DNA of 64,000 nt from an uncultured Bacillota bacterium (lineage in GTDB: Bacteria; Bacillota; DTU025; MWDF01). A program made the position numbers and the translations under genes. Each line of letters opens with the position of its first letter. Positions within the stretch are counted from its first letter, which is position 1. This document shows, in pieces, positions 10,941-19,472 of this stretch. The stretch is taken from positions 466,912 through 530,911 of the forward strand of contig CAWGMK010000013.1 of NCBI GenBank assembly GCA_963823655.1. The letters run 5' to 3'. The notes under the pieces were generated by a model. It had not been told where the DNA came from and did no database searches. It saw only the letters and a list, made by a program, of their open reading frames with translations.

Positions 10941-11405
10941 ATGCCCGATTTTATGGGAATTGCCATCGAAGAGGCCAAGGCCGGAGTCCTGAAGGGGCAC
11001 GGCGGCCCATTCGGCGCTTGTATAGTAAAGGACGGAAAGCTGATTTCATCGGCGCATAACCAGGTCCTCAGATACAACGACCCCACCTTGCACGCTGAGA
11101 TGCAGGCCATAAGCGAAGCTGCCAGAAAGCTGGGCCGCTTCGACCTGTCCGATTGCGAGCTATATACAAGCTGCGAGCCCTGCCCCATGTGCCTTGGCGC
11201 CATATACTGGTCGAGGATCAAGAAGGTCTACTTCGCCGGCACAAGGGACGACGCCGCAGACGCAGGCTTCGACGACAGGAAGTTCTATGAGGACATGGGA
11301 AGCGGCGGCTGCCCCGACGGCGTAGAGCTTAAACAAATCGACAGGGAACGCGCCATGGAGGCGTTCTCCTCATGGAACAGCAAACCGGACAGGAAGATAT
11401 ACTAA
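10941..11405 (+). CDS. Guanine/nucleoside deaminase (cytidine deaminase-like superfamily)
   Basis: GGPFGA, HAE, PCPMC zinc motif and GFDD tail typical of GuaD-type enzymes. Confidence 0.85.
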   Translation: MPDFMGIAIEEAKAGVLKGHGGPFGACIVKDGKLISSAHNQVLRYNDPTLHAEMQAISEAARKLGRFDLSDCELYTSCEPCPMCLGAIYWSRIKKVYFAGTRDDAADAGFDDRKFYEDMGSGGCPDGVELKQIDRERAMEAFSSWNSKPDRKIY

Positions 11406-11424
11406 GCCGCATCAAGGAGGACAG

Positions 11425-12078
11425 TTGAAGCCGAAAGTCACCATATTCAGCATGATTACGCTCGACGCCGGCTATGTCTCCGGCTTACTTGACGTGGACT
11501 TGTACTATGAGGCCGGCTACGCGCTCGGGGCGGATGCCGTCATGGCAGGCGCCGACAGCATGCTCGAAGGGCTTGCGGGCTTCGGACAGGCTCCGTGCGA
11601 TGAGACGCTTCCGGAAGAGAAACGTCACGACTTCAACCTTCCCTGGCTGGTCATAACCGACAGCCGCGCAAGGCTTATGGGCAAGCTGGGCCACTACAGG
11701 AATATGGAGTATGTACGAGACGTCCTGGTCCTGGTCTCAAAGGCGACGCCCAAAGAATATATCGATTACCTTGAGAAGAACTCATATGAATACTACGTAT
11801 CGGGCGATGACAGGTGCGATATGTCAGAAGCCCTAGATCAGCTGAATCTGTATTGCCACATCGAGCATATAAGGGTCGATGCCGTCGGCAGCCTTGCGGC
11901 TTCGCTGCTTAACGAGGGCCTGGCGGATGAGCTATGTGTAATCCTTGCCCCTTACTTGCTGCAATCCCCTTCTCTAAGGGCATTCGATGGCCTTAATAAA
12001 GACATCCGCCTCTTCCCGGTCTCGTCTGGGCCGCTTAGAAACGGCTACTTGATCACTACGTACAAAATAGAAAAGTAG
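11425..12078 (+). CDS. RibD C-terminal (DHFR-like) reductase family protein
   Basis: KPKVTIFSMITLD, DAVMAGADS, VITDSR and LADELCVILAPY. Confidence 0.75.
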   Translation: MKPKVTIFSMITLDAGYVSGLLDVDLYYEAGYALGADAVMAGADSMLEGLAGFGQAPCDETLPEEKRHDFNLPWLVITDSRARLMGKLGHYRNMEYVRDVLVLVSKATPKEYIDYLEKNSYEYYVSGDDRCDMSEALDQLNLYCHIEHIRVDAVGSLAASLLNEGLADELCVILAPYLLQSPSLRAFDGLNKDIRLFPVSSGPLRNGYLITTYKIEK

Positions 12079-12190
12079 CGGAAAGCAAGCGAAACGGCCC
12101 GGAGCATAATCTGCATTCACATGCCGGGCAGTACATTTTTGCGCGCTTCGTTTTGTTTACCTACAATTATTGCCACCTTCGCCGTTCGCC

Positions 12191-13396
12191 CTATAAGCCT
12201 GCCAGGGAGCCGAGGAAATCCTCGCAGATGTCCTTCTTGTCCTCTATTCCTACCGACACTCTTATCAAGCCCTCGCTGATGCCAAGCTTTAGCCTCTCCT
12301 GTTCGCCTAAGCCCCTGTGCGATGTTGACGCCGGGTGGCTCACTGTCGTAGCATAGCTTCCCAGGCTCGGGACGAATGAGGCCATCTTGAAGCCCGATAT
12401 GAGCTTGTCCACGGCAGCCCTGCCGCCTTTGAGCTCAAAGCTGAGCATTCCGCCGAAACCGTTCTTAAGAAGCCTGTTTGCCGCGCTTCCCCGCTTGCGG
12501 CCCTCAATTCCGGGATAATATACCTTCTCTACCTTCTCCGACTTCTCAAGTGCCTGGGCAAGCGCTGCGGCGTTCTCGCAGTGCCTGGCCATCCTAACGC
12601 CAAGGGTCCTCATGCCCCTGAGCAACAGCCATGCCTCAAAGGGGGAAAGAACGGGGCCGAAGAGCGTCTTCGCGCTTCTTATGGCGTCAATCAGCTGCTT
12701 AGAATCTGCCGCCGACTCCCCCACCGATACCGTCCCCGCCATCACGTCATCATGCCCGTTCATATATTTCGTGCAGCTGTGAATGCTTATGTCCGCACCT
12801 AGTTCAAGCGGCTTCAGAAGCAATGGCGTGGCGAAAGTGTTGTCGACTGCAAGCAATGCGCCCGCGGCATGGGCCAATTCCGCAAGCTTAGGTATATCGG
12901 CCACTTCCATCAGCGGATTCGATATGCACTCGCAAAACAGCAGCCTGGCACCTGGCGCCAGCGCCTTTTCCACCGCCTTGAGGTCGGTGATGTCTACGAA
13001 TTCCGCGCTCACGCCCCGCCTTTTATGCTCGGCAGCCAGCATGCTCCTGGTCGCGCCGTACAATATGGAAGCCGAGACTATCCGCTCGCCTGGACTTACC
13101 GCCCCTTCAAAGGCAATCGCCGTCGCAGCCATGCCGGATGCACATGCTACGCTACCCGAGCTTCCCTCAAGCTCGTCCACGAGCTCTTCTACCGCCTCAA
13201 CGCTGGGATTCGCCATCCTCGAATAGACATATCCCCTGTCTTTGCCGGTCCATACGTCGTCAACCTGGTCGAGCCCGCTGAACCTGAACACGGCCGATGC
13301 GAAAATCGGCGCTACTTCCGGCTCAGAGGCCGACTTGCCCGACCCTCTTGCCGCGTGTACAACTGCGCTGCCCTCTGAGAGCTTCCCCTTTTTCAT
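12191..13396 (-). CDS. PLP-dependent Cys/Met metabolism enzyme (methionine gamma-lyase/cystathionine gamma-synthase family)
   Basis: YSRMANP, ASGMAA, DNTFATP, PLP lysine in HSCTKYMNGH, IRVSVGIED. Confidence 0.9.
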   Translation of the reverse strand: MKKGKLSEGSAVVHAARGSGKSASEPEVAPIFASAVFRFSGLDQVDDVWTGKDRGYVYSRMANPSVEAVEELVDELEGSSGSVACASGMAATAIAFEGAVSPGERIVSASILYGATRSMLAAEHKRRGVSAEFVDITDLKAVEKALAPGARLLFCECISNPLMEVADIPKLAELAHAAGALLAVDNTFATPLLLKPLELGADISIHSCTKYMNGHDDVMAGTVSVGESAADSKQLIDAIRSAKTLFGPVLSPFEAWLLLRGMRTLGVRMARHCENAAALAQALEKSEKVEKVYYPGIEGRKRGSAANRLLKNGFGGMLSFELKGGRAAVDKLISGFKMASFVPSLGSYATTVSHPASTSHRGLGEQERLKLGISEGLIRVSVGIEDKKDICEDFLGSLAGL

Positions 13397-13501
13397 CAGG
13401 AACACCTCGAATCTCAGCTTTGTATGCCTTCTATTGCCCCACCCGCCACTAACCGATAGTATTAGTAATATATTAGCATTCTAACCCAGGAGGAGGAGCA
13501 A

Positions 13502-14038
13502 ATGGCATTAGTCGAGGCGAATTACCGCGATTCGGTGTTGTTCAGGCGCCGCTCGATAAGGAAGTTCAAGGATGAGATGCCGCAGCAATGGCAGCTTAAT
13601 GCCGTTTTAGAGGCTGCGATGTGCACCCAGACCGCCTGTAACCAGATGCCTTTTGAGCTGATGCTGGTAGACGACAGGAAGTTGCTGGACAGGCTTCAGG
13701 CGGCCCTCCCCTTTGCCAGGCTGAATACAGCGCCGGCAGCGATTTTGGTCATGTCGCAGCCGAACTGGAAAGTAAGGATTCACCCGTGCGGCATGTTCAT
13801 TCAGCAGGACCTGGCCGCCGTGAGCCATCAGATCTGCCTTGCGGCCATAGAATTCGGGCTGGGCGCATGCTGGTGCGGCCTGTTCCCTGTGAAGCTCATG
13901 GCATCGGCCGCGGCCAAAGTGCTGGGCATACCGTCCGATGTGATGGTAGTTTCGATAATCCCCATCGGCATTCCGGCCGAGCAGAAGGAGCCCAATTCGA
14001 AGTGGATGCCAGAGAAGCTGCACAGGAACGGTTACTGA
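13502..14038 (+). CDS. Nitroreductase family protein
   Basis: RRSIRKF, NQMP and GLGACWCG; AGGAGG RBS. Confidence 0.85.
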   Translation: MALVEANYRDSVLFRRRSIRKFKDEMPQQWQLNAVLEAAMCTQTACNQMPFELMLVDDRKLLDRLQAALPFARLNTAPAAILVMSQPNWKVRIHPCGMFIQQDLAAVSHQICLAAIEFGLGACWCGLFPVKLMASAAAKVLGIPSDVMVVSIIPIGIPAEQKEPNSKWMPEKLHRNGY

Positions 14039-14178
14039 GAACATTGCTGTTAAAGATATTTATGCTCATATGGCAATATGCGGATATGGGTAAAAATGAT
14101 AAATTTTTGCAGCTTGAAGGATTATCGGTGCCAAATTAGAATATAGTATTTGTTATATGTAGCCATTTGGAGGTACGG

Positions 14179-14877
14179 ATGGTGGAGAGGCTCATGGGCA
14201 ATGGGCTCGATGAAAAGATGGCAGCCAAGCTCGAAGGGCTGATCGGCCGCATGGCAGGCGTTATCGCCGCCAAAGTGATCACCGACAGCTCCAGCAGGCC
14301 TGTCGAAATCCACGTCCTCACGAACCTCCAGAGGACTCCCAAGCAGGTGGCAAGGGATGTGCAGTCCTGCGCGGCGTCTGCTTGCGGCGTACAAGTCGAC
14401 CACAGGATAATCAGCGTTGCGCAAGTAAGCGACGATGCCGTTGGGGCGCCCGGCGTAAGGCTGAAAATCAAGGGTTTGAGCCTCACTCTGGACGAAAATA
14501 CGGTTACGATAAAAGTCGGGCTCACCTACAAGGGTTCCCTCTTCGAGGGCTCATCGTCGGTGATGTCCAAGGCGCAGGGCAAATACGCAGCGGCGTCGCT
14601 TGCCTGCGTAAACTGCCTTCACAAGTTCCTCGGAGTGGATTACGTATTCTCCGTAGTCGATGTGCAGAAAACGAAAATTGCGGGCATGGACGCCTTTAAC
14701 GTAGTGCTCAATCACATTTACGACGGCCGCCAGACGCTTCTGACAGGTGTTGCGCTGGTCCAGGACGATGACTATATGGCGGTGATCAAAGCAACACTGC
14801 ATTCGGTTAACAGGGTTCTCGACAAAGCGTGGCGAAATGGCAGGCAAGTCGATCAGGAAGCGAACGCAGATCTTTGA
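14179..14877 (+). CDS. Hypothetical soluble protein; C-terminus resembles a LeuA-type allosteric domain
   Basis: GGAGGT RBS; EIHVL...PKQVARDVQS...DHRIISVAQ; ends TGVALVQDDDYMAVIKATLHSVNR. Confidence 0.7.
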   Translation: MVERLMGNGLDEKMAAKLEGLIGRMAGVIAAKVITDSSSRPVEIHVLTNLQRTPKQVARDVQSCAASACGVQVDHRIISVAQVSDDAVGAPGVRLKIKGLSLTLDENTVTIKVGLTYKGSLFEGSSSVMSKAQGKYAAASLACVNCLHKFLGVDYVFSVVDVQKTKIAGMDAFNVVLNHIYDGRQTLLTGVALVQDDDYMAVIKATLHSVNRVLDKAWRNGRQVDQEANADL

Positions 14878-14959
14878 TAGCCCAATAAAAGGCCGGACGT
14901 AGCGGAGCGTAACAGCCCATCCACTAGCGAAGATGGAGCAATGGAAAGGGGCTGTTCAA

Positions 14960-15052
14960 ATGCGCAAATTAATGGCAATCATGGGCACCATACTCGCCTT
15001 CGTGCTGGTAGCTGGTGCCAACTGGAAAATATTGCCTCCTCTTACGAAGTAG
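14960..15052 (+). CDS. Unannotated 30-aa small peptide MRKLMAIMGTILAFVLVAGANWKILPPLTK, signal-peptide-like precursor
   Basis: Read directly from the DNA; GGAAAGGGG RBS 8 nt upstream; basic n-region, hydrophobic h-region, VAGA site; too short for the ORF track. Confidence 0.7.
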   Translation: MRKLMAIMGTILAFVLVAGANWKILPPLTK

Positions 15053-15115
15053 ACAGGCAGCCATAATTAGCGGGATCTGTCCGGTCTTGCGGGCTATCAT
15101 CATGTGAGGTCCTAG

Positions 15116-16439
15116 ATGTCCTCTTACAGGTTCAGCGACAAGCACTTCAGGTATCTGGTAATCGCCGCAGGAGCTGCGGCGCTTGTTTATGTTACACTAA
15201 CGCAGCCTATCAAGTTCGACTTTGCGAGCTTCGCATTCCTTGCCCTTATGGCAACGCTTGCGGAATCCCAGCCGGTTGTAACCGACAAGGACAAGACTAT
15301 ATCGGTCGGTTTCGCCTTCGATTTGTGCGCGCTGCTGCTTTACGGGCCTTTGGCGGCGGCATGGGTCGTATTCATATCGAGCATATTCAGCATAACCCAT
15401 GTTAAGAACTGGGGCTACCTGCACATTTTCAATACCCCGCCGGATTATCTGCTTTTCAACGCGATGAATCTGGTCCTGAGCATAATTACCTGCGGATATG
15501 TCTACCAGCGCATGGGCGGCATCTCGCTGGTTTCTCACGGAAATGCCGCAATTCCTAGCATCGGCGCAGTGCTAGGAAGCCTTGGGAACCACGTTTTCAG
15601 CATGGTAGTGGCCATAATGGCCCACATAATGGTCAATACCTCGATAATCTCTGTGCACATCTCGATTGCGACCGACCAGAAGGCGATGATAGCCTGGGCA
15701 TACAGCTTCCTCTGGTCCGTCTTCAACCTTCTTATCGTCGGGATGATGGGCGTGACCATCGCCGCGGTTTATACAAGCTATGGCCCGCTGATGGTCATCT
15801 TGTTCATGATCCCCCTGTTATTGGCCAGAAACTTCTTCGTACAGAATGTGAAGATGCGCGAGATCTACCTGAACACTATCATGGCCCTCACATCCGCAAT
15901 CGAAGCCAAGGATATCTATACGCGGGGCCATTCCGAGAGGGTGCAGAAGATCAGTGCAATGATCGCAAAGGAGATGCGCCTGCCGACAGGGCAGCTCGAA
16001 ATGCTCAGATATGCCGCCATATTGCACGATATCGGCAAAATAGGAATTAGCGAAGCCATTCTGAACAAACCCGCAAGGCTTACCAAGGAAGAGTACGCGA
16101 AGATCATGGAACACCCTGCAATAGGGGCCAAGATAGTCGAGGAAGTGGACTTTCTCAATAGAGCCTCCAAGATAATTAAGAGCCATCATGAGTGTTTCGA
16201 CGGTTCCGGCTACCCTGATGGGATAAAAGGCTCGGACATTCCGCTTGAAATCGCAGATCCTCTCGGTTGCCGACGCATATGATGCAATGACCACCGATAG
16301 GCCCTACAGGGAGGCATTCACTGATAGAAGCGCGTGGGAGGAGCTGGAGCGCAAATCTGGCACCCAGTTCTCACCTGAGGTTGTTCGTGCATTCAGGAAG
16401 GCAGTGGACAAGAAGCAGGAGATCACCAATGCTTTTTGA
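15116..16439 (+). CDS. Multi-TM membrane-sensor HD-GYP c-di-GMP phosphodiesterase (frameshift near 16250)
   Basis: Several hydrophobic segments, then KDIYTRGHSERV, LHDIGKIG, HHECFDGSGYPDG, VADAYDAMTTDRPYR, GTQF. Confidence 0.9.
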
Positions 16440-17010
16440 GTCCGTGTTATTCGGCCTTGCGGCAGGTATACTGCTAGGAGGCAGCATAAAGGAAATCTTC
16501 AGGGCGAGCTTCAGGAGGCTGCCCTTGATTTTCATCGCGGCGGCCATCGATATCATCTTATCCTCTGCTTTTGGCGCGAAGGTTGCGTCACTGGGCGATT
16601 GGGCGCTTATTGCGGCAACCCTTCTTCAGGCGCTGCTGCTAGCCCTGTTCGTAATATCCAATATCGGCATGCCGGCGCTTTGGCTAATAGGCCTTGGTGG
16701 GATCATGAACTCGGCGGCCTCCGCCTTCAACTGGGGCAGGATGCCGATAAGCCCGCAGATCCTCGAAATCGCGCCGGACTCGCCTTACACATTGGCATTG
16801 CTCGCAGGTAAAGTACACAATTACGCCTTAGCGACGGAGCAGACTAGGTTGCTTTTCCTGTCCGATATAATCAACTTCAGAGGATTTACCCTGTATATGA
16901 TAAGCGCCGGCGACATTGTGACGTCTGCCGGGCTTATAGTCCTTATAATTTCGCTTATGCTGCCTCAAAACAGAAGGCCTGCAAGCTTCGATGATGGCCA
17001 TCGTCAATAA
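16429..17010 (+). CDS. DUF5317-like membrane protein
   Basis: Start overlaps the HD-GYP stop; GILLGGS, NWGRMPIS, LLFLSDII and SAGDIV motifs; several TM segments. Confidence 0.75.
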   Translation: MLFESVLFGLAAGILLGGSIKEIFRASFRRLPLIFIAAAIDIILSSAFGAKVASLGDWALIAATLLQALLLALFVISNIGMPALWLIGLGGIMNSAASAFNWGRMPISPQILEIAPDSPYTLALLAGKVHNYALATEQTRLLFLSDIINFRGFTLYMISAGDIVTSAGLIVLIISLMLPQNRRPASFDDGHRQ

Positions 17011-17022
17011 GAAAAGTTCGGA

Positions 17023-18600
17023 CTAGTCTTGCCGCCCGGGCTCACCTTCGGCTAGCTCAATGCCTGATTTCGTAAAGTCTCCATAGAATTCGGCTTCCGC
17101 CTTGAAAGTTATGGTGAGCTCCCTCACCTTCCCGCCTTTGAAACTGTCCTTTGAACCCATCAACACCAATTCACCAATCGGCCTTGCCGCCGCCTTTTCA
17201 AACAACCTTGCTGCGGCCTCGCTGACAGCTTCGCCTGGCTTCGCGTATGTCCACGGCAGCTCGGCCTTCTGGGCAGCGCCCCTTTTTACGACAGCATGCT
17301 TTCCCCCTGCGCTGATTATTACCCTCACCTTTATGCGAACCGGCTCATATCTCGCCTGCTCCGATGGGGTATAGTACACCGAACCTACGAATTCGTCTGG
17401 CAGGTATTGCTGCTCTACCCAGCCCCCCGGGAAATCGTGGGGGTATTTGTACCCTATGCCTTTGCCGATCTTCTCCGCGCCCTTGTATCCTCCGGACTGC
17501 AGGTGTGCGGGCACCTGCCCCAGCGGCTTGTTCTTTAGATCCTCGATGGCGGCATCAATCGCCGACACGACGGCGTTGCTCTTCGGGGCGGTTGCAATGT
17601 GCAATGCGGCCTGAGCCAGCGTAATCCTCGCCTCGGGCAATCCGACATGCTCTACTGCATATGCCGCAGACGCTGCTACCATCAGCGCTGTTGGATCCGC
17701 CATACCGACATCCTCGGAAGCGTGGATCAATATCCTTCTTGCTATGAACCTCGGATCCTCGCCGGACTCGATCATCCTCGCAAGGTAATGGAGCGCTGCG
17801 TCCGGATCCGATCCTCTCATGCTCTTTATGAAGGCCGATATGACATCGTAGTGTATGTCGCCCTGCATGTCATATTTCAAAAGCGTCCTGCCAAGTATCT
17901 CGGCCACCAGCGCCTTCGTCACAAGCGCATCTTCGGCAACGATTGCTGCCATCTCAAGCACATTGAGCGCTATCCTGGCGTCGCCTCCTGCGTGAAGCGC
18001 TATGTAGGCTATTGCCTCCTGCTCGAACCCGATTCCCGAGCCTCCGAGTCCCCTTTCCTCGTCTTTGGCCGCACGCCAAAGCAGAGTCTCAAGTGAATCG
18101 GTGCCTATGGGTTTAAGCATGAAGATCCTCGATCTTGACACCAAGGGAGCTATAATGTCGAAAAATGGGTTCTCGGTGGTAGCGCCGATCAGGCAGATTG
18201 AGCCGTCCTCAACGGCCGGCAACAGCGCGTCCTGCTGTGACTTGTTGAACCTGTGGATCTCGTCTATGAACACCACGGTGCGCGTGCCCTGCATAGCCAG
18301 CTCATCCCTTGCTGCACCCACGACGCGGCGTATGTCGGCAACGCCCGAGTAAACGGCGTTCAGCCTTTCGAATTTCGAGCTTGTGAGGTTGGCGATGACT
18401 TCGGCAATCGTAGTCTTGCCCGAGCCTGGCGGCCCGTAAAGTACCAATGAGCCCAGCTTGTCGGACTCTATCGCCTTTCTGAGCGGTTTGCCTTTACCTA
18501 GAAGGTGGTCCTGGCCTACGACCTCGTCAAGGCCCCTCGGCCTCATCCTTGCGGCCAAAGGCATCGCCTCTGTACCTGCTTCGAAGAGCATGCGGGCCAA
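17023..18600 (-). CDS. rarA: Replication-associated recombination protein A (MgsA/RarA AAA+ ATPase) with ~100-aa C-terminal extension
   Basis: PLAARMRP, GPPGSGKTT, IDEIHRFNKSQQDALLP, SAFIKSMRGSDPDAA, YKYPHDF. Confidence 0.92.
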   Translation of the reverse strand: MARMLFEAGTEAMPLAARMRPRGLDEVVGQDHLLGKGKPLRKAIESDKLGSLVLYGPPGSGKTTIAEVIANLTSSKFERLNAVYSGVADIRRVVGAARDELAMQGTRTVVFIDEIHRFNKSQQDALLPAVEDGSICLIGATTENPFFDIIAPLVSRSRIFMLKPIGTDSLETLLWRAAKDEERGLGGSGIGFEQEAIAYIALHAGGDARIALNVLEMAAIVAEDALVTKALVAEILGRTLLKYDMQGDIHYDVISAFIKSMRGSDPDAALHYLARMIESGEDPRFIARRILIHASEDVGMADPTALMVAASAAYAVEHVGLPEARITLAQAALHIATAPKSNAVVSAIDAAIEDLKNKPLGQVPAHLQSGGYKGAEKIGKGIGYKYPHDFPGGWVEQQYLPDEFVGSVYYTPSEQARYEPVRIKVRVIISAGGKHAVVKRGAAQKAELPWTYAKPGEAVSEAAARLFEKAAARPIGELVLMGSKDSFKGGKVRELTITFKAEAEFYGDFTKSGIELAEGEPGRQD

Positions 18601-18627
18601 ACTGCTAACACTCCCCCCGGTATATAA

Positions 18628-18811
18628 GAAGGCCCCGCGGTGCCGTATTGCGGTGTTTTTCTTCCCTGTCCACGACAGGTGGATGCCCCACTCCCAGCTT
18701 TTTGGGTCCGCCACTTGGCGGCATGCTAGCCACTGTTAGATGAGGGCTTCCTATTCTTTGCTTGTAGGAAGAAAATCCTGTGCAACACGTACACTACAGG
18801 GTCAAAGCTTC
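18628..18811 (-). ncRNA. ssrS: 6S RNA
   Basis: Pairing ends CCCUGUAGUGUACGUGUUGC / GCAAUACGGCACCGCGGGG, internal GGGAG...GGGCAUCCACCUG; usual position upstream of rarA; TATTAT -10 at 18819-18824. Confidence 0.8.
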
Positions 18812-18896
18812 TGCCTTCATAATACACCCTGAGGCTGCATTTGGTAAGGCTTATAAATGATTTGATATCATTACGAACATCAAAACGCGTACGTTC

Positions 18897-19472
18897 CTAG
18901 AGCTTCCTTGAGCCGGGCTTGTATGGAGCCGAGCCCTGCTTGCATAGAGGGCACTCCTCGGCAGGCCACGAGGCCACTTCCAGCTTCAAGACGCTGTAGA
19001 GCGGATAACCCAAGTCCGCCTTGCCGCCGCTGCGGTCAACAAGGCAGGCGATGCCCACAACTTCGCAGCCCATAGCCTTTGCCAGGTCCGCCACTTCCCT
19101 GGAAGAGCCGCCGGTCGTGACGACATCCTCGCATACCAGCACCCTTTCGCCGGGCTTCAGTGAAAAGCCCCTCCTCAGGCTCATCCTGCCCTCTTCACGC
19201 TCCGCGAATATCGCTCTTGACCCCAGCTTCCTTCCGAGCTCATAAGCAAGCGTAATGCCCCCCATGGCCGGCCCTATCGCAACGTCGATTTTCCCGTCGG
19301 GAAGCTTCGACGCGATGATTTCAGCAAGCTCGGCGCAAAGCCCCGGGTGCTGCATTACAAGTGCGCACTGAAGATACCTGTCGCTGTGCCTTCCCGAAGT
19401 AAGCAGGAAGTGCCCGTTTAGTATCGCGCTGTTGTCTTCGAACGCTTTGAGTACCTGTTTCTCATCCATCAT
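18897..19472 (-). CDS. pyrE: Orotate phosphoribosyltransferase
   Basis: GHFLLTSGRHS and PRPP loop VCEDVVTTGGS. Confidence 0.93.
   Translation of the reverse strand: MMDEKQVLKAFEDNSAILNGHFLLTSGRHSDRYLQCALVMQHPGLCAELAEIIASKLPDGKIDVAIGPAMGGITLAYELGRKLGSRAIFAEREEGRMSLRRGFSLKPGERVLVCEDVVTTGGSSREVADLAKAMGCEVVGIACLVDRSGGKADLGYPLYSVLKLEVASWPAEECPLCKQGSAPYKPGSRKL

Noticed and set aside
14960-15052. Small ORF as an AgrD cyclic-lactone peptide or a transcription-attenuation leader
   Set aside because: It lacks the AgrD ring Cys/Ser and acidic P-x-x-P tail, no AgrB is adjacent, and there is no regulatory codon run or clear terminator downstream.
18600-18714. N-terminal extension of RarA in the ORF track
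   Set aside because: It overlaps the 6S RNA; the RBS supports a start at 18600 or 18591.
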